The notes under the pieces are model-generated. The model was not told the DNA's origin. It was given only the letters and a program-made list of their open reading frames with translations, and made no database searches. The translations under genes and the position numbers were made by a program. 64,000 nt of DNA from NCBI GenBank assembly GCA_949358305.1, contig OX442314.1, positions 30,008,001 to 30,072,000 of the forward strand, in the 5' to 3' direction. The stretch is from Strigamia acuminata (Eukaryota). Shown here piece after piece: positions 60,037 through 64,000 of this stretch (the first letter of the stretch is position 1; every line of letters starts with the position of its first letter).

Positions 60037-62951
60037 TCATCCGCTCTCTTGTTCCATTGACATTTTTAACGCGGCTTCCAGCATAGCCTCTTCCGAGAAG
60101 TCGTCCGACACTGACACTGACGCCGACGCCTTCGCGCTGCTCGCACTCTGCCGATCAGAGGCGCAGCTGTTGGTGTCTTCCGATGTTTGTGTTTGTTTGC
60201 ACCGGAGTTCCGTATACTCGTTTGTGTCGTCAGGATCATTGTTTGAACCTGATGGTAAGTTGGAATTATATTCTGGCAAGAATAAATCAATAAATTGAAG
60301 CTTTATCAATTCATTTTGTGGTTACATTCAACTTAATTTATCAAATATACGGTATTTACTTTACAATTCGAAATCATTAAAAACTTACGTTCTTTTTTAC
60401 GTTAACATTCACATTTATTGAAATTTACGTTACATTAAGAATTAAAAATTCGAATTTTTACGATCTATTTTGCATTAAAATTTCATATATTAATAATTTA
60501 CGTTACATTTTGCGTTAAAATTCGAATTTATCGACAAATCACGTTCTTATTGCGTTAAAATTCGAATTTATCGATAAATCACGTTCTTATTGCGTTAAAA
60601 TTCGAATTTATCGACAAATCACGTTCTTATTGCGTTAAAATTCGAATTTATCGACAAATCACGTTCTTATTGCATTAAAATTCGAATTTATCGACAAATC
60701 ACGTTCTTATTGCGTTAAAATTCGAATTTATCGACAAATCACGTTCTTATTGCGTTAAAATTCGAATTTATCGACAAATCACGTTCTTATTGCGTTAAAA
60801 TTCGAACATAACTGCATTTTAACGTAAGAAAATCACCAAAATTATAATAATTCCAATTGTTTTTGCACTAAAATCCGCACGTATTACCTTGTAAACTTAA
60901 CCTGAGTGCGGCGTCTAATTGAGCATCTTCATCTTCCAGACCATTTTTATCTTTCCCATTAATCTTAGCCTCTTGTTGCGCTTTAACCTCGGATATTAAA
61001 CGTGGCTTGATCATTTGTACCGCGGGCTTCAACCGCAAAAAATTATCAGCTTCGCATTCGGGAAACAAACCCTGAACGATAAATATAGAATAACCTAAAA
61101 AGCAAACAAATATTCAATGCTAAACGGCGTTAAATCAATCGATCGATCGGTCAATCACCTTCCTGCTGCAGTTGTGCCAAAAACATCGCGAGATATGTGT
61201 TCGATATTAATTCTGGTCCCGTAAGTAACGAATTCAAATTAAACCACTGTCGACCCAATTTACGAACTGTAAACCAGTGGTCGCGGTAGTTACATATAAA
61301 TGCCATCTGATGTCTGAAATCAAAGAAATAAAATAAATAAAATATAAATTCTGAGTTTTAGCAGATTATATCGTGAAACGAGATTTTTAACGGTGGTTTT
61401 GCATTTAAGTTAATTTTTATTATTTCACGCATATTTCACAGTTTGAAAGGTTTTTTTGAGAGTTAATACTTTTTATACACATGAAATTAATATTTTACCA
61501 TAAAAACATAGTTTTTAAGCATTTTTCATTAGAAAGCTTGTAAACTTTTTATAATTTACGTGTAAAAATCTATTTTTTATTTGTAGAAATCTATTTTTCA
61601 TGTGTAAAAATCTATTTTTCATGTGTAAAAATCTATTTTTCATATGTAAAAATCTATTTTTCGTGTGTAAAAATCTATTTTTCATGTGTAAAAATCTATT
61701 TTTCATGTGTAAAAATCTATTTTTCATGTGTAAAAATCCATTTACCATGTGTTTTTCTACATGAAAAATGGATTTTTAAGCATTCGTCCAAATGAAACAA
61801 TTTTTACAATAGAAAAATGAATTTTTACACATGAAAAAAAGTTTTTTACACATGAAAAATAGTTTTTTACACATGAAAAATAGTTTTTTACACATGAAAA
61901 ATAGTTTTTTACACATGAAAAATAGTTTTTTACACATGAAAAATAGTTTTTTACACATGAAAAATAGTTTTTTACACATGAAAAATAGTTTTTTACACAT
62001 GAAAAATAGTTTTTTACACATGAAAAATAGTTTTTTACACATGAAAAATAGTTTTTTACACATGAAAAATAGTTTTTTACACATGAAAAATAGTTTTTTA
62101 CACATGAAAAATAGTTTTTTTACATTTTACACCTAAAATATTAATAGTTAAACAAGTTTTCTAATAAAAAAATTAAAATAATTATCAAAAAAATCAAATT
62201 TTGGCACAAAACTGCATTTTTACAACCAAAAACTATACTTTTGTCCCTAAAACGACTAAAAAAAATTTTCTTCTCCGCCTCCTATCCAATCACACCACAA
62301 AATCAACAAACAAACCCAATACTTACACAGGATTAACATTTGCAGCTAACGCTAATGGATTCCTACTATTATATGGAATAAGTTCCAAATTCCACACTTT
62401 AAGAGCACTGGCGATCACTTGTATAGAGAAATACCCGCTGTCATCCATGTTTATAGATGGTTGCTACACAAATTTAAAAAATCCAAACGTAAACAACAAA
62501 ACAAAAACAAAAACAAAAACAAAAACAAATTGCATCATCATTTGATTACTTCTAAAAACTGCCGGTATTCCTGGCTGTGGATGCCGGCCTCAGCCATTCG
62601 TAGCCGCTCCGCTTCGTCCATTTGTTGCGCTAACGTGGCCAAATCCACGGCCGTGAAATACTCTCCTTGTAACAGCACATTCAGGCAGTGCTGGGCGCAT
62701 AGTGAACCATCTTGCTGGAAAAGATAAATGACACGAAATTAATGAAATTCTTTTGCTGCTTGATAGTGGATTTGGGAATCACCGAGTCATTTTGAATGGA
62801 GTGAATAAATTAAGTGATTTTTGTGCTAATTTAGGGATATTGATGGATAAATGTTTTTAAATTGGATTATTTTGTCGTTTTGAGTGTTTTTCGATGAGTG
62901 TTGTGGTTAGACAAGTCTCATTCGTACCTTTTCGTGAAAAATATACTCCAT
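60037..62951 (-). CDS. ATXN3: Ataxin-3 deubiquitinase (Josephin domain + 2 UIMs, 307 aa, no polyQ)
   Basis: Exons 62951-62928, 62714-62550, 62463-62327, 61313-61159, 61094-60888, 60272-60037. MEYIFHEKQDGSLCAQHCLN..., DHWFTVRK and WFNLNS supply the Cys-His-Asn triad. UIMs are LDAALRLS and LEAALKMS. Confidence 0.95.
60521..60805. repeat. 40-bp tandem repeat, 7 copies, in ATXN3 intron 5
   Basis: Unit TTCGAATTTATCGACAAATCACGTTCTTATTGCGTTAAAA. One copy in the duplicate near 54915. Confidence 0.92.
61560..62120. repeat. Two inverted arrays of a 21-bp unit (foldback-like) in ATXN3 intron 3
   Basis: Left unit TGTGTAAAAATCTATTTTTCA; right unit TGAAAAATAGTTTTTTACACA, its reverse complement with one mismatch. 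Confidence 0.88.
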
Positions 62952-63523
62952 TTTGCTAGCATGATGTCATTTCCTGAGTGCTGCATCAGTATTCATTTTA
63001 AAATAAATTCTTTTACTTATTTTTGGTTTTATTTAAATTTATTCCGGTTTATTAAAAAAAATCGATTTAAAATTAGTGAATTTAGATGGTTAAATTTATA
63101 GTATTTTATTTTTATCAGTTGCTGACCAATCAGAGCTCAGATTTGATTTTGAAATGAAATGAATCAATAAAATGTGATTTCTGTTATTTCTTGCTTCTAT
63201 ATCACCCGAGATCTGAATGCTGATAGTCTAAAGAAGACCTGGTTTTTAAAAATCGATCAATTGGTCAGAAAATTGGTTTAATTTGTTTACACGTTGGCTG
63301 TTCTGGCTCCGGCATTCGAAGGAAGTGCGCGGAGAGATGGCTTCCGGTTCGGCAATTTTGTATCGCTAATGGAAATCCCAGTTCTTTATTTGCAAAATCT
63401 GGTCACCCTTAAATTAAGGCTCGCAAGCATTTGCTTGAAATAAATTTTAATGTATGCAAAATCCAAAACTGAAATTACAACCATTTTTTTTCATAACATC
63501 AACTGGCAATATAAACATTTGAT

Positions 63524-64000
63524 TTACAACCAAATGTCTGAGGTGCAATCCCCACCAGGATATCTCATTTCATTGGCCAACACTGGCCCGTTTGGTTCCG
63601 CACCAAAATCCAAAATAAATTTTTCGTTAAGTCTCAATCCGCCATCTTTTGTATCAACATCAATCTGCAGCATAACGCTTCCTTTTCTGAAAATAAAACA
63701 AAATTTAATCCAAACAAAAACTAAATCACTCACAGCGAATAATTACTTCATCATATTGGGATAAAATTGTTTATCGTAAGAAGAGTACAGAGATGTCGTC
63801 ACATAAAGGCGCTTTCCATCTAAGCTCAACTCTAGCATATGTGGTCCGCCTTCGACTGGAATACCTTGAACTTTCAATTGCTCAGGCTGTAAAATCAAAC
63901 AACTTAATCATTATTATATCAACACAAAAAAGAGGGAAAAGATTATACTTGTTTTTCAGGAGGATGAACAACAACAGGACCGTTAGTACACAGACTGCCA
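63524..64000 (-). CDS. SELENBP1: Selenium-binding protein 1 / methanethiol oxidase family, last three exons (5' part outside window)
   Basis: Exons 64000-63949, 63886-63747, 63686-63524. Motifs [29 protein letters not shown] and [13 protein letters not shown]. Confidence 0.92.

Noticed and set aside
61776..62136. MCKKLFF / MKNSFLH repeat ORFs
   Set aside because: Intronic minisatellite translations within ATXN3.

Overview
AT-rich eukaryotic DNA, probably arthropod (TTAGG motifs, short GT-AG introns, an MBD-bearing Copia of a type known from centipedes and spiders). The backbone is a tandem segmental duplication of the unit [minisatellite - gene A - Copia RNase H relic - gene B - 3' end of ataxin-3]. 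It gives seven copies of an unrecognised six-exon family of secreted 8-cysteine proteins (165-186 aa). Five are intact, one is split by a Copia and one is a pseudogene. The ORF track misses them because they are spliced. The window ends with an intact ATXN3 gene and the 3' end of a divergent SELENBP1-like gene, both on the minus strand. About 60% of the window is young, deeply nested LTR retrotransposons: BEL/Pao, two Gypsy, two Copia and two solo LTRs, plus several MITEs. The most unusual features are chromatin-related cargo in these elements. Both Gypsy elements carry a large non-env gene between pol and the 3' LTR with splice signals. One of these, once the nested Copia is removed, begins with a histone-H4-tail-like sequence and has two CxxCxGxG motifs. 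One Gypsy Pol has four AT-hook-like repeats, and one Copia has an MBD-like domain. All exon models and reconstructions were done by eye; no database searches were run.
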